This document shows, piece after piece, positions 37,173 to 47,248 of a DNA stretch of 64,000 nt. The notes beneath the pieces are model-generated. The model was not told where the DNA came from. It did not search any database and saw nothing but the letters and a program-made list of their open reading frames with translations. The first letter of the stretch is position 1, and each line of letters begins with the position of its first letter. The translations under genes were made by a program, and so were the position numbers. Origin of the DNA: Candidatus Doudnabacteria bacterium (lineage in GTDB: Bacteria; Patescibacteriota; Doudnabacteria; UBA920); contig CAWINB010000004.1 in NCBI GenBank assembly GCA_963837465.1, positions 650,853-714,852 on the forward strand, read 5' to 3'.

Positions 37173-37297
37173 GGAATAACTCCTCCTTTCGGAAGAAGTA
37201 TATATATATTGATTAAAAGTTGCAAATAAATAAAGATGAAAAAGCTCAATAGTTTAGACTATCAGGCTTTTTATTTTAATAATTTTACAACCAGCTT

Positions 37298-38224
37298 TTA
37301 CGTTTCAGATAGTTTTGCCACCCAGACAATATCCTTATTCTTTTTCCACCACGTCATCTGCCGTTTGGAGTAGTGCTTAATGGCAAAAGAAAGCTGGGTG
37401 AGCATTTCTTCACGCGACAGTTTTTTTTGCAGGAATAGCGCTATATATTTGTATTCCAGGCCGAATGATTCCAGCCGTTTCCAGGACAGGCCGAGGCTAT
37501 GGAGTTTTCGGACTTCCTTTACTACTCCCGCCTTAAAGCGCAGCTTTAGCCTGACGTCTATTTTTTCATAAAGCTCATCTTGCTCCGGATACAAGCCAAG
37601 CCAAAGAGCGTCATAGCTGACTGCTGACTGCTGATTACTTTTGACAGGCACAGGCTTGCCGGTTGTTATAACAATTTCCAGCGCGCGGATGAGGCGGCGT
37701 TTGTTGTGGCGGTCGATGGTTGTTGCGCGGCTTGGATCCAGTTTTTTAAGTTGCCGGTACAAATCATCGGCCGATTTTTTTTCCAGTTTCGCCCGCAATT
37801 TCAAGTTCGGCTTAACATCTGGAATTTTTTGATCGTAAACAACGGCATCAATCCAGTGCGCCGTGCCGCCGCAGAGGATGGGCAGTTTGCCGCGGCTTAA
37901 AATATCGGCGATGGCTTTTTTGGCGTCTTGCTGAAAAAGCGCGGCGGAATATTGCCTGTTCGGATTTATAAAGTCTATGCAATGGTGCGCGATTTTTTTA
38001 TAAACAAACTGTTTGCATAAATGACGGCCGTCATTTATAGTAACACTCCATTTGCCGGGGACTTTGCCGGTGCCCAGGTCAAGGCCGCGGTAAATTTGCC
38101 GGCTGTCGCAGGAAATTATCTCGCCGTTGAATTTTTTTGCCAGTTTGACGGCAAGTTCCGATTTACCGGACGATGTAGGGCCGACGACGATAATTATCTT
38201 CGGGAGGTTATTTTTTGCCATCAT
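37298..38224 (-). CDS. miaA: tRNA dimethylallyltransferase
   Basis: GPTSSGKS, EIISCDSRQIYRGLDLGTGK, CGGT, RLIRALE, YSKRQMTW. Confidence 0.97.
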   Translation of the reverse strand: MMAKNNLPKIIIVVGPTSSGKSELAVKLAKKFNGEIISCDSRQIYRGLDLGTGKVPGKWSVTINDGRHLCKQFVYKKIAHHCIDFINPNRQYSAALFQQDAKKAIADILSRGKLPILCGGTAHWIDAVVYDQKIPDVKPNLKLRAKLEKKSADDLYRQLKKLDPSRATTIDRHNKRRLIRALEIVITTGKPVPVKSNQQSAVSYDALWLGLYPEQDELYEKIDVRLKLRFKAGVVKEVRKLHSLGLSWKRLESFGLEYKYIALFLQKKLSREEMLTQLSFAIKHYSKRQMTWWKKNKDIVWVAKLSET

Positions 38225-38358
38225 CGTTTTGTTATCTTTTTCCCGGCGTGCTTTTGCGCAACTATTAAACCCCGTCCGTGGATTTGCATCCGCGGGCGTT
38301 TTTTTAGCTCCCGCTTTTTAGCCCGGGTTACGTATTCGTCTGTAATTTTTTTCTTCAT
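38221..38358 (-). CDS. 45-aa basic small protein (absent from ORF track)
   Basis: MKKKITDEYVTRAKKRELKKRPRMQIHGRGLIVAQKHAGKKITKR; ATGA overlap with miaA start. Confidence 0.55.
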   Translation of the reverse strand: MKKKITDEYVTRAKKRELKKRPRMQIHGRGLIVAQKHAGKKITKR

Positions 38359-38471
38359 GGCATTATGATTATCATATCATTAGTTGCGATTCCCTTGAAG
38401 GCAGCCTTTAAGGGAAGCCTTGTTTACAGCTGTTTTTGCTCTAACGGCTCCAAAATGTTATAATTAAACCT

Positions 38472-39302
38472 ATGGATTGGCAAACTTTTGGGCATAAGGG
38501 CGTAAAAAATACTTTAGAGCGGCAGCTGTTTTCGGCCAATCTCCCGCAGACCTATCTTTTTACGGGCCCCCGGGGTTTGGGTAAGCAGAGTTTGGCTCTG
38601 GAATTCGCGCGCAAAATTTTGCGCGCCGAGAACTTGCCAACGCATCCCGACTTCGCCCTTTTAAGCCAGGACGGCGAAATTACCATGGAGTCGGCCGTAA
38701 CTTTTATGGCCAAATTGCCGTTTAAGCCTTTTGTCGGGCAAAAAAAAGTCGCTATTATAAACGACGCCCAAAATTTGAACCCGCAGAGCAGTAACGCTTT
38801 GCTTAAAACTCTGGAAGAGCCGTCGCCCAGCGGTGTTATTATCCTTGTGGCCAGCGGCAGACTTTTGCCCACAATTGTTTCGCGCTGCCAGGTTTTAAAT
38901 TTTAGTTTGTTTAGCGCCGGTGATTTATCCGCTTTTGCCCAAAGCCTGGGCCACAAACCCGTGCAGGAAATTTTGGACTTGAGTTTCGGCCGTCCCGCGA
39001 GGCTAAAAAGGTTTTTGGAAGACAGGGATTATTTTTCGGAGCAGCAAAAAATCCTGCGAAAGTACAGGGAAATTACAAAGCTTTCGGTCGGGGAAAAACT
39101 TTTGGCTATCGGTGATTTTGCGGATGTGGAAAGCCAGCAATTATCGGGGCGGTTTGAAAATTGGCTTTTTTGGCAGGCTGGTAACCTGCGCTTTGAACCT
39201 CAGGATTTCCCCAAAGTACGCGCTTTAATGGACGCGGTTTTGGGGCTTAAGATGAATAAGAATAAAAAATTGGTTTTACAGAGTTTGTTTTTAAAAATAT
39301 GA
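38472..39302 (+). CDS. holB: DNA polymerase III delta' subunit
   Basis: YLFTGPRGLGK, HPDF, NALLKTLEEP, LLPTIVSRC. Confidence 0.88.
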   Translation: MDWQTFGHKGVKNTLERQLFSANLPQTYLFTGPRGLGKQSLALEFARKILRAENLPTHPDFALLSQDGEITMESAVTFMAKLPFKPFVGQKKVAIINDAQNLNPQSSNALLKTLEEPSPSGVIILVASGRLLPTIVSRCQVLNFSLFSAGDLSAFAQSLGHKPVQEILDLSFGRPARLKRFLEDRDYFSEQQKILRKYREITKLSVGEKLLAIGDFADVESQQLSGRFENWLFWQAGNLRFEPQDFPKVRALMDAVLGLKMNKNKKLVLQSLFLKI

Positions 39303-40360
39303 AAAACAAAAAACTTTTTCTAACGGCAGCCTTTATTTTTTTGGCGGCCGGATGCAATCCTTTCAGCAAATCGCTGCCCGCCGGCGTGGTCAAAAGCGTC
39401 AATGGCGGCGTGGACTGGCAGTTTGCCAATACCGCCAGCGGCAGTCCGGTTTCCGGCTTGTCAACTTTAAGCATCTCCAAACTGGCCTTCGACCCGCAAA
39501 ACCGCCAAACTGTCTTCGCCGCCAGTTATACCGGCGGTATGTATAAATCGGAAGACGCGGCCGGCAGTTGGGCCAATATTTTATCCGACATTTATGTTTA
39601 CGATTTTGCCATCAGTCCCATTGACTCCAAAACCATTTACGCCGCTGGCTTTTATAATGCCGATGGCCGCGCGCTAAAAACTACGGACGGCGGCGCCAGC
39701 TGGAACCAAATTTATGACGAAGAAACGCCTTCGGACGCCGTCAGAAGCATCGCCTTAAATCCAGCCAACCCCAATGAATTGGTTATTGGCACTACAGTAG
39801 GCGATGTAATTAAAAGTTCCGACGGCGGTCAAACCTGGCTGCTGCTTAAAAGTTTTAACGACCAGGTTAATAGGGTGCTGTGGCAGGATAATTCTGTTTA
39901 CGTGCTGCTTAAAACCAAGGGCTTGTTTGCTTCCACCGATTCCGGCGCGACTTTTACCCAACTGACTTCGTCCCTGGCCAATGTTTACGGTTTAGGCGGC
40001 CTTTCTTACAGTTCCAGCCCCATAGAAAACTTCAGCCAGGTTTATGTTGATTTTGACAGCCAAGACTTAATTTACATCACCACCAATAAAGGTTTGTATA
40101 AAACCATTGATGGCGGCAAGACCTGGACCTTTTTGCCTCTGCCTGTAAGCGCCCAGGACAGCGCCGCCCGCGCCATTGCCGTGGCCCCGGGCGACAGCAG
40201 CACGGTGTTTACCAGCGTGGGTTCCACTGTATATAAGTCTTTGGATGCCGGCCAAACCTGGCAGACTCAGGGCTTGACCACAGCAGGCTTTATCAATTAC
40301 ATTCTAATAGACCCCCAGTTGCCGCAGATTGTGTACGCGGGAGTGTATAGCACGCAGTAA
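39299..40360 (+). CDS. lipoprotein with BNR/Asp-box beta-propeller (YCF48/sortilin-like)
   Basis: Lipobox-like LAAGC; repeated KS.DGG.(T/S)W boxes. Confidence 0.8.
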   Translation: MKNKKLFLTAAFIFLAAGCNPFSKSLPAGVVKSVNGGVDWQFANTASGSPVSGLSTLSISKLAFDPQNRQTVFAASYTGGMYKSEDAAGSWANILSDIYVYDFAISPIDSKTIYAAGFYNADGRALKTTDGGASWNQIYDEETPSDAVRSIALNPANPNELVIGTTVGDVIKSSDGGQTWLLLKSFNDQVNRVLWQDNSVYVLLKTKGLFASTDSGATFTQLTSSLANVYGLGGLSYSSSPIENFSQVYVDFDSQDLIYITTNKGLYKTIDGGKTWTFLPLPVSAQDSAARAIAVAPGDSSTVFTSVGSTVYKSLDAGQTWQTQGLTTAGFINYILIDPQLPQIVYAGVYSTQ

Positions 40361-40364
40361 CAAC

Positions 40365-40452
40365 AAATTGAGCAAAATTAAATAAAATTAAGTAAAATGG
40401 AACAAAATTTACCGCGGTCAAATTTTACTTGATTTTTTAAATTTTATTTAAT
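40365..40452. repeat. gene-less inverted 10-mer arms
   Basis: AAATTGAGCA AAATTAAATA AAATTAAGTA AAATGGAACA AAATTT ... AAATTTTACTTGATTTTTTAAATTTTATTTAAT; similar units at 1109-1150 and 32791-32828. Confidence 0.6.
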
Positions 40453-40458
40453 AATTCT

Positions 40459-41016
40459 ATGATCGACCAAATCCTGAACGAACACAAAGAAAATTTTGAA
40501 AAAGCCATGGAGCATTTCGCGCATGAACTTTCCGGCGTGCGCACCGGCCGCGCCAACCCGGCTTTGTTAAACAGCGTAACGGTGGAGTCTTACGGATCCA
40601 AAATGCCGCTTGAGCACGTGGCTTCGGTTACGGTTAGCGATGCCAAGACTCTGGTAATTTCGCCGTGGGACAAAGGCCAGATTCCGGCCATTGAAAAAGG
40701 CATCCAAACGGCCAACCTGGGGTTTAACCCATCAAACGACGGAGTTGTCATACGCATAACTTTGCCGGCGCTTAACGAGGAGCGCCGCAAAGAAATGGTT
40801 AAGTTGGTGGGCCAAATAGCGGAAAAAGGCAAAATCGGCATCCGCAACGTCCGCGAAACCATCCACAAAGAAATGAAGAAAGCCGAAAGCGAAAACAGCA
40901 TCAGCAAAGACGATCTCCAGGCAGGCCAAAGAAAACTCCAGGAAGTAGTGGATAAATACAACGAAGAAATCAAGCAACACGCGGAAGCCAAAGAAAAAGA
41001 AGTAATGACGGTTTAA
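40459..41016 (+). CDS. frr: ribosome recycling factor
   Basis: RTGRANP, LGFNPSNDG..IRI.LP.L.EERRKE. Confidence 0.97.
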   Translation: MIDQILNEHKENFEKAMEHFAHELSGVRTGRANPALLNSVTVESYGSKMPLEHVASVTVSDAKTLVISPWDKGQIPAIEKGIQTANLGFNPSNDGVVIRITLPALNEERRKEMVKLVGQIAEKGKIGIRNVRETIHKEMKKAESENSISKDDLQAGQRKLQEVVDKYNEEIKQHAEAKEKEVMTV

Positions 41017-41019
41017 AAT

Positions 41020-41538
41020 ATGCAAGAAAGGCCAGAAGCGAATATTGGTAACCATGAATTGATGTCTGAGCAGGAAGCCTATGATTTGACTAAGCTAATG
41101 TGGGCAAAGATGCGAATGGATCCCCGTAGCGGCGAAATTCGAACAGAAGATCCCAGAACTGAAAGCCAAAAGCAACACAATCAGTTTTTTGGTGTTCCCG
41201 AAGGAGGTTTTGATAACTTGCCTAATGCCGCAGATTATAATCTGGCCTTATCAGCAATAGAAAAATTAAGCCACGCCGCCGCAGAGGAAAGTGATTTTGA
41301 AAAATTAAAATCCCGTGTCGCTGTCATACTTTCATCTTTAAGTTTTAATGTAAAAGAATTAATTGGTTCGATATTTTATTCCCATCCAGAAAATGATCAT
41401 GGGCCTAACAGTAGGTATGCTAGGCAGCAAGTAAAGCAAAAACATCACTCAGTAAAGGTAGAAGGCATTAAAGGCCCAAGCGCAAAATTAGGTGATTTAA
41501 GAAAAGCTGGTAGCAGAATAGAAAAAAACGCAAAGTAG
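41020..41538 (+). CDS. hypothetical protein
   Basis: 172-aa ORF tightly packed between frr and rseP, AT-richer than its neighbours. Confidence 0.6.
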   Translation: MQERPEANIGNHELMSEQEAYDLTKLMWAKMRMDPRSGEIRTEDPRTESQKQHNQFFGVPEGGFDNLPNAADYNLALSAIEKLSHAAAEESDFEKLKSRVAVILSSLSFNVKELIGSIFYSHPENDHGPNSRYARQQVKQKHHSVKVEGIKGPSAKLGDLRKAGSRIEKNAK

Positions 41539-41548
41539 ATTATTTACT

Positions 41549-42667
41549 ATGTTTGTCACAATCCTCATCTTCATCCTCATCCTCGCCATCCTCGTGTTCG
41601 TCCACGAGTTTGGTCATTTTATCGTGGCCAAAAAAAGCGGTATGCAGGTGGAGGAGTTTGGGTTTGGGTTTCCGCCGCGGATTGTGGGTTTGCAAAAAAT
41701 TAACGGCAAGTGGAAAGTTGTGGGGGCAAAAAATCAAAATGTAAATCCTAACGCCACGGTCTATTCCATCAACTGGATTCCCCTGGGCGGCTTTGTGCGC
41801 ATCCTGGGCGAAAATAACGAACGCGAAGACCACCCCGGAAGTTTTATCAACAAAGGCTTCTGGCCCAGATTTTTAACATTGGTGGCGGGGGTATGCATGA
41901 ACGTAATTTTAGCCTTTGTTATTTTTTCAGCCGGTTACTTAATCGGCCTGCCGGTGGCCGTAGACAGCCTGGCGGACGTTCCGGCTCACGCCACTTTTAG
42001 CCATCAGCAAACCGGCATTTTAGATGTCCAGAGCGGTTCTCCGGCCGCCAAAGCCGGTGTTGAGCCCAATGACATTTTGCTTTCGATTGATGGCAATGCT
42101 TTTTCCGGGGTTGCTGACATACAAAATTATATTTACAGTCACGAAGGCAAGCAAATAACGTTCGCAGTCCAAAGAGGACGGCAGGATCTATCTTTTAAAG
42201 TAACTCCTTTGGTAAACCCGGGGCCAAACCAGGGACCTACGGGAATTGAGTTGTCGTTGGTCGGCAGGTTAAAATATTCGCTGGTTTTTGCGGTTTGGGA
42301 AGGAGCCAAAACTACCGGCTCCGAACTGGGGGCTATTGTGGCGGGAATTTACCAGCTGTTTTCTCAGCACTTGGGTTTTTCCAGCCTCGGCGGCCCGGTT
42401 CAGATTGAGCGGCTGACCGGACAAGTGGCGGGTTTGGGTTTTGTTTACTTAATGCAATTTGTGGCTTTTTTGTCTTTAAACCTGGCCGTGCTTAACATTT
42501 TGCCGTTCCCGGCCCTGGACGGCGGCCGCGTATTGTTTTTGTTGATAGAAAAAATCCGCCGCAAGCCCAACAACCAAAAAGTTGAGCAGATTATAAACAC
42601 CGCGGGATTCGTGTTTTTAATTTTACTGATGGTAGCGGTAACGATTAATGACATAATCAGGAAATAA
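41549..42667 (+). CDS. rseP: RIP metalloprotease RseP (M50, PDZ)
   Basis: HEFGH, PLGGFV, PDZ SPAAKAG, NILPFPALDGG. Confidence 0.95.
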   Translation: MFVTILIFILILAILVFVHEFGHFIVAKKSGMQVEEFGFGFPPRIVGLQKINGKWKVVGAKNQNVNPNATVYSINWIPLGGFVRILGENNEREDHPGSFINKGFWPRFLTLVAGVCMNVILAFVIFSAGYLIGLPVAVDSLADVPAHATFSHQQTGILDVQSGSPAAKAGVEPNDILLSIDGNAFSGVADIQNYIYSHEGKQITFAVQRGRQDLSFKVTPLVNPGPNQGPTGIELSLVGRLKYSLVFAVWEGAKTTGSELGAIVAGIYQLFSQHLGFSSLGGPVQIERLTGQVAGLGFVYLMQFVAFLSLNLAVLNILPFPALDGGRVLFLLIEKIRRKPNNQKVEQIINTAGFVFLILLMVAVTINDIIRK

Positions 42668-42949
42668 TATAGGTGATTTTTATAGGGGAACCAGGAGAAT
42701 CACAGAATTATTTGGCAGCGCCAAGATAAAATTGTTCCGCCGACTGTCAAGCCGCTTGAAATTGAGCCAAAAAGCGATATTAAGACAAAATTGCCGCCTA
42801 AGCTTATTAATGGCGTGGAAGTCAAAATTTTACCCCCGGGCGAACAAAGAAGAGAACTGGAATTTGATTATAAGGGTCGTGAATTAAAATCCGATGAAGA
42901 AATAAGAAGAATAACATCTGAGCATCAAAGAAGTAAATAAAATTTAATT

Positions 42950-44640
42950 ATGCGGCAATCCAAATATTTTTTAAAAACTTCCAAAACATTTTCCGAAGAA
43001 GATGTTAAGATTATTTCTTCCAAGCTTTTAAAGCAGGCCGGGTATATTGCCGAGTCGGTGGCCGGACGGTATTATTTTTTGCCGGCCGGACAGCGGGTCC
43101 AGCAAAAGATTATGAAAGTTATTAAGGAAGAAATGGACGCGGCCGGGGCCCAGGAAATGGTCGCGCCGATTTTGCATCCTTTGGAGTTATGGAAAGAGAC
43201 CAACAGGACTTCCACGGCGGGGTTTGAGCTTATGAAAGTCAAAGACCGGCGCGACAGCGAATTCGCCCTAGGCGGCACGGCCGAGGAAATGTTCGTGGAC
43301 TTGGCGCGCAAATACCAGCTCAGCTACAAAGATTTGCCGTTTCAGTTGTATCAGTTTTCTCCAAAATTTCGCGACGAACTGCGCGCGCGCGGCGGACTTT
43401 TGCGCGTCCGGGAGTTTATAATGAAGGACGGTTACTCTTTCCATCGCGACGAACAAGATTTCAGGCTGACTTATGAGCAGATGAAAAAAGTTTACAGCGT
43501 GATTTTTAGCCGCTTGGGACTGAAAACAGATATAGTGGAATCGGACAACGGTTATATCGGCGGCGAATATTGCCATGAATTTGTGGTTGAATCGGAAATC
43601 GGCGAAACCCGCTATTTCGCCGCGGAAGACGGCAGCTACGCGGCGCACGAAGACGTGGCTAAATTTAAAAAATACCGGGACGAACAGGACGAAGCCGGAC
43701 AGGAACGCCGGGATGTGGAAGGCGCGGGAATTATCGGGGTTGAGCAACTGGCTAAATTCTTAAAAATCCCCGTGGAAAAAACCACCAAAACAATTTTGTT
43801 TGAAACCGACAAAGGCCAAGTCGTGGCCGCCGCGGTTAACGGCATGTACGATATTAACGAGACCAAGCTGAAGCATGTTTTGGGCTGTAATGATTTAAAG
43901 CTGGTCAGTCCCGAGACAATAAAAAAACTTACCGGCGCCGAGGTCGGCTATGCCGGAATTTTAAATCTTCCCGAAAGCGTCAGGGTTGTCATGGATGAAT
44001 CGGTAGGCGCGAGGAAAAATTTTGAATGCGGCGCCAATAAAACCAATTACCATTCCATCAACATCAATTTTGGCCGTGATTTGCCGCTGCCGGAAAAATT
44101 TTACGACATCGCCATGGCCAAGGCCGGATATTTGTCGGTGGACGGACGGAATCAGTTAGTGGAGAAACGCGGCATTGAAGTCGGCAATATTTTCCAGCTC
44201 GGCTACCATTACACGAAACTTATGAAGGGCGCCAATTTCCGCGACGAAGACGGCCTGGAAAAACCCTATTACATGGGCTGTTACGGCATTGGCGTGGGCG
44301 CGCTATGGCCACGCTGGTGGAAGTATTCCATGATGAAAAAGGCATTATGTGGCCGGAAAGTTCGGCGCCGTTTAAGGCTCATCTTATTGCCCTTAAGGGA
44401 GCGGAAAAAGAAGCCGAAAAAATTTACCGCAATCTTCTTGAACAAGGCATTGAAGTACTGTATGATGACAGGGAAGCCAGCGCCGGAGTAAAATTCGCGG
44501 ACAGTGATTTAATCGGCATTCCCTGGCGCCTGGTAGTTTCGGCCAAAACTCTGGAAAAAAACAGCGTGGAAGTCAAAAAAAGGGCGGAAAAGGATTTTAA
44601 GCTGGTGGAAATCCCCAAAATCTCAGAAGCAATAAAATAA
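42950..44640 (+). CDS. proS: proline--tRNA ligase with editing insertion; 1-nt frameshift near 44299
   Basis: LSYKDLP, KFRDELRARGGLLRVREFIMKD, GIEVGNIFQLG, MGCYGIG; anticodon domain (DDR, GVKFADSDLIGIP) in the adjacent frame. Confidence 0.93.
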
Positions 44641-44719
44641 AAAACACAAATTTTTGTTTTTATCACAGGCGATAATTTGTGTTTTTGTTTTATCCTAAAA
44701 TCTATATTAAAAATATTTC

Positions 44720-45772
44720 GTGCTACAAAAATTTTACCAAAAATTCAGCAAAGACATCGGCATAGATTTGGGCACGGCCAATACGCTTGTGTATGTTAAA
44801 GGCAAGGGGATTGTTATTAATGAGCCCAGTGTTGTTGCCATTAACCAGCGCACCAAACAGATTTTGGCCATTGGCAGCGAGGCTCGGAACATGGTCGGCC
44901 GCACGCCGCCGCACATTGTGGCTACCAGGCCGTTGGTGGACGGCGTCATTTCGGATTTTGAAGTTACCGAAGCCATGCTCCGTTATTTTATAGACAAAGT
45001 CCACAACCAGACTTATCCTTTTTTGCGCCGGCCGCGGGTGGTTATAGGAATCCCCAGCGGCGTCACTGAAGTGGAAAAACGCGCGGTTATTGACGCGGCC
45101 ATTAACGCCGGAGCCAGCCGGGCCTACTTGATAGAAGAACCCATGGCCGCGGCCATTGGCGCCAGGTTAAAAGTCCAGGACGCCGCCGGCAGCATGATTG
45201 TTGACATAGGCGGCGGCACCACGGAAATTGCCGTCATCTCTTTGGGAGGCATTGTTATCTCCAAAAGTTTGCGCGTGGCGGGCGACGAAATGAACCAAAA
45301 TATAGTCCAGTACGCCCGCGAACATTTTAACCTGCTGTTGGGCGAGCGCACGGCCGAAGATGTCAAAATAAAAATCGGCAGCGCTTATCCGCTGGAAAAA
45401 CCAATCTACGCCCAAATGCGCGGCCGGGATTTGGTCAGCGGCCTGCCCAAAGAAGTTACAATTTCCGATACCCAAGGCAGGGAAGCTTTAATGCGCAGCT
45501 TGAAAGTTATTGTCAACAGCATTAAAAGCGTGGTTGAGGAAATTCCGCCTGAACTGATATCCGATATTTTGGGCAGCGGCATAGTTCTTGCTGGCGGCGG
45601 CTCGCTTTTGCGCGGCCTGGACAAGCTGGTTTACGAGGCCACCTCCCTGCCGATTAACGTGGCCGAAGACCCGTTAACCTGCGTGGTCCGCGGCACGGGA
45701 GTTATCGTGGAAGACCTGGAGGTTTTAAAGGATGTGTTAGTCCCCACGGAGTTCGCCAAGATCCCGAGATAA
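44720..45772 (+). CDS. mreB: rod shape-determining protein MreB
   Basis: DIGIDLGTANT, EEPMAAAIG, DIGGGTTE, LAGGGSLL. Confidence 0.97.
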   Translation: MLQKFYQKFSKDIGIDLGTANTLVYVKGKGIVINEPSVVAINQRTKQILAIGSEARNMVGRTPPHIVATRPLVDGVISDFEVTEAMLRYFIDKVHNQTYPFLRRPRVVIGIPSGVTEVEKRAVIDAAINAGASRAYLIEEPMAAAIGARLKVQDAAGSMIVDIGGGTTEIAVISLGGIVISKSLRVAGDEMNQNIVQYAREHFNLLLGERTAEDVKIKIGSAYPLEKPIYAQMRGRDLVSGLPKEVTISDTQGREALMRSLKVIVNSIKSVVEEIPPELISDILGSGIVLAGGGSLLRGLDKLVYEATSLPINVAEDPLTCVVRGTGVIVEDLEVLKDVLVPTEFAKIPR

Positions 45773-45797
45773 AAGTATTAAAGGTTAAGGATAAAGC

Positions 45798-46598
45798 ATG
45801 AGATTCATCTATACCAAAGCTTTTGCCATGTTCGCTTCGTGTCTGGCGCTGCTGGCGGTACTGGTACTTTTGCAGGTTAAAGGTTTGCTTGGCCCGATAA
45901 GAGTGGCTATTTTAGAGGCGCCGCGGCCGGTAACCAGCCTGGCGGGCGCCGCCGCTTCGCCCGTGAAAAATTTTTTCCTTACCATTTACCAATTAAAAAA
46001 AATCAGCCAGGAAAATTCCCGGTTGCGGGCCCAGGTATCCGCGCTGGAGCAGAATTTGGCGCAGTATCAGGAAGAAAGCCGTGAAAATCAGGCCTTAAGG
46101 ACGGAGCTGGGGTTTGTCAAAAGCAGCCAGATGCAGCTTTCATCCTGCACGGTGCTGTCGGAAAACCCTTTCGGTTTAACTGACGACATAGTTTTGAACT
46201 GCGGCAGCAATGATGGCGTGCAACTGGGGCAGGCCGTGATTTCCCAGGGCTATTTGGTGGGCAAAATTATTTACGCCGGCAGCGACTCCAGCACTGCCCA
46301 ACTTATAACGGCTTCGGATTTTTCCACTGATGCCAGAGTCAGCGAGACCGCGGCCACGGCCATTGTCACAGGTTCCTTTAACTCCGGCATCACCCTGGAC
46401 CAAGTGCCTCAAACATCCGATCTGCGGGCAGGCTGGCTGGCGGTAACGGCCGGCATTAATTCGCAAATCCCCAAAAATATTTTAATCGGCCAGGTCAGCC
46501 AGATTCTTTCTTCCGGCAACGATTTGTTTAAAAAAGCCGCTCTGACAAGCCCCATTGATTTTAATAATTTACAGTTTGTGTTCGTGGTAAAACAGTAG
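45798..46598 (+). CDS. mreC: rod shape-determining protein MreC
   Basis: TM, coiled coil EN..LR, GS.DGV..GQAVI...LVGKI; follows mreB. Confidence 0.9.
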   Translation: MRFIYTKAFAMFASCLALLAVLVLLQVKGLLGPIRVAILEAPRPVTSLAGAAASPVKNFFLTIYQLKKISQENSRLRAQVSALEQNLAQYQEESRENQALRTELGFVKSSQMQLSSCTVLSENPFGLTDDIVLNCGSNDGVQLGQAVISQGYLVGKIIYAGSDSSTAQLITASDFSTDARVSETAATAIVTGSFNSGITLDQVPQTSDLRAGWLAVTAGINSQIPKNILIGQVSQILSSGNDLFKKAALTSPIDFNNLQFVFVVKQ

Positions 46599-46636
46599 TA
46601 GTGAGTAGCGCGCAACCCGCTACCTGCCGGCCTCCC

Positions 46637-47173
46637 ATGAAATACCTCATCTATACAATTTCCATCATCTTGGTGCTTGGGCTTAATGTCGGCTTGTTCG
46701 GCAACCTCCAGATTAACGGTCAAATTCCCGATTTGCCGCTGTTGATGGTCCTGTTTTTTGCCCTGGATAAAAAAAATTGGGATTTTTTTTTCGTGGCTTT
46801 CGCGGGCGGAATTTTTTTGGATTGCTACTCCGCGGGCTTTTTTGGCGGCTTTACCCTGGCGTTCCTGGTGCTGGCGCTTATCTGCCATCTGCTGGTCAGT
46901 AATCTTATGGTTTTGGAATTAACCTGGAAAAATTTGGTTTTGCTGGTTTTTGGCGCTCTGATAGTGGTGGATTTTTGCCTGTGGTTTTACTCGCTGGCGG
47001 CGTTTAAGTTGGGCCTAAGTCCGGATTATTCCGGCTTGAGAGTTTACGCGGACGCGTTTTTACCGCAGTTATTTTATAACTTACTCCTGTTCTATCCCAC
47101 GCGCCTGTTGTGTGATTTTATAAAAAAAACAGTGGAGAATTTTACCATCCGCCGCCGGAGTTTGGTTAGGTAG
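46637..47173 (+). CDS. mreD: rod shape-determining protein MreD
   Basis: Polytopic membrane protein, PDL.L...G...D...FG; between mreC and pbp2. Confidence 0.8.
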   Translation: MKYLIYTISIILVLGLNVGLFGNLQINGQIPDLPLLMVLFFALDKKNWDFFFVAFAGGIFLDCYSAGFFGGFTLAFLVLALICHLLVSNLMVLELTWKNLVLLVFGALIVVDFCLWFYSLAAFKLGLSPDYSGLRVYADAFLPQLFYNLLLFYPTRLLCDFIKKTVENFTIRRRSLVR

Positions 47174-47248
47174 TCCTAAACTGCGCAGGGCTTCCGAACT
47201 AAGCCTTTAGGTTCTGAATATTTATAGCTAAAACGCGGTAAGTCCTGT

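Noticed and set aside
42690-42940. Open frame between rseP and proS (...WQRQDKIVPPTVKPLEIEPK...)
   Set aside because: No early in-frame ATG after the upstream stop and no recognisable homology; may be a remnant but cannot be supported
44280-44320. Programmed frameshift in proS (and virB4 at ~5465)
   Set aside because: No slippery heptamer or stimulatory structure is evident; several other indels make sequencing error more likely
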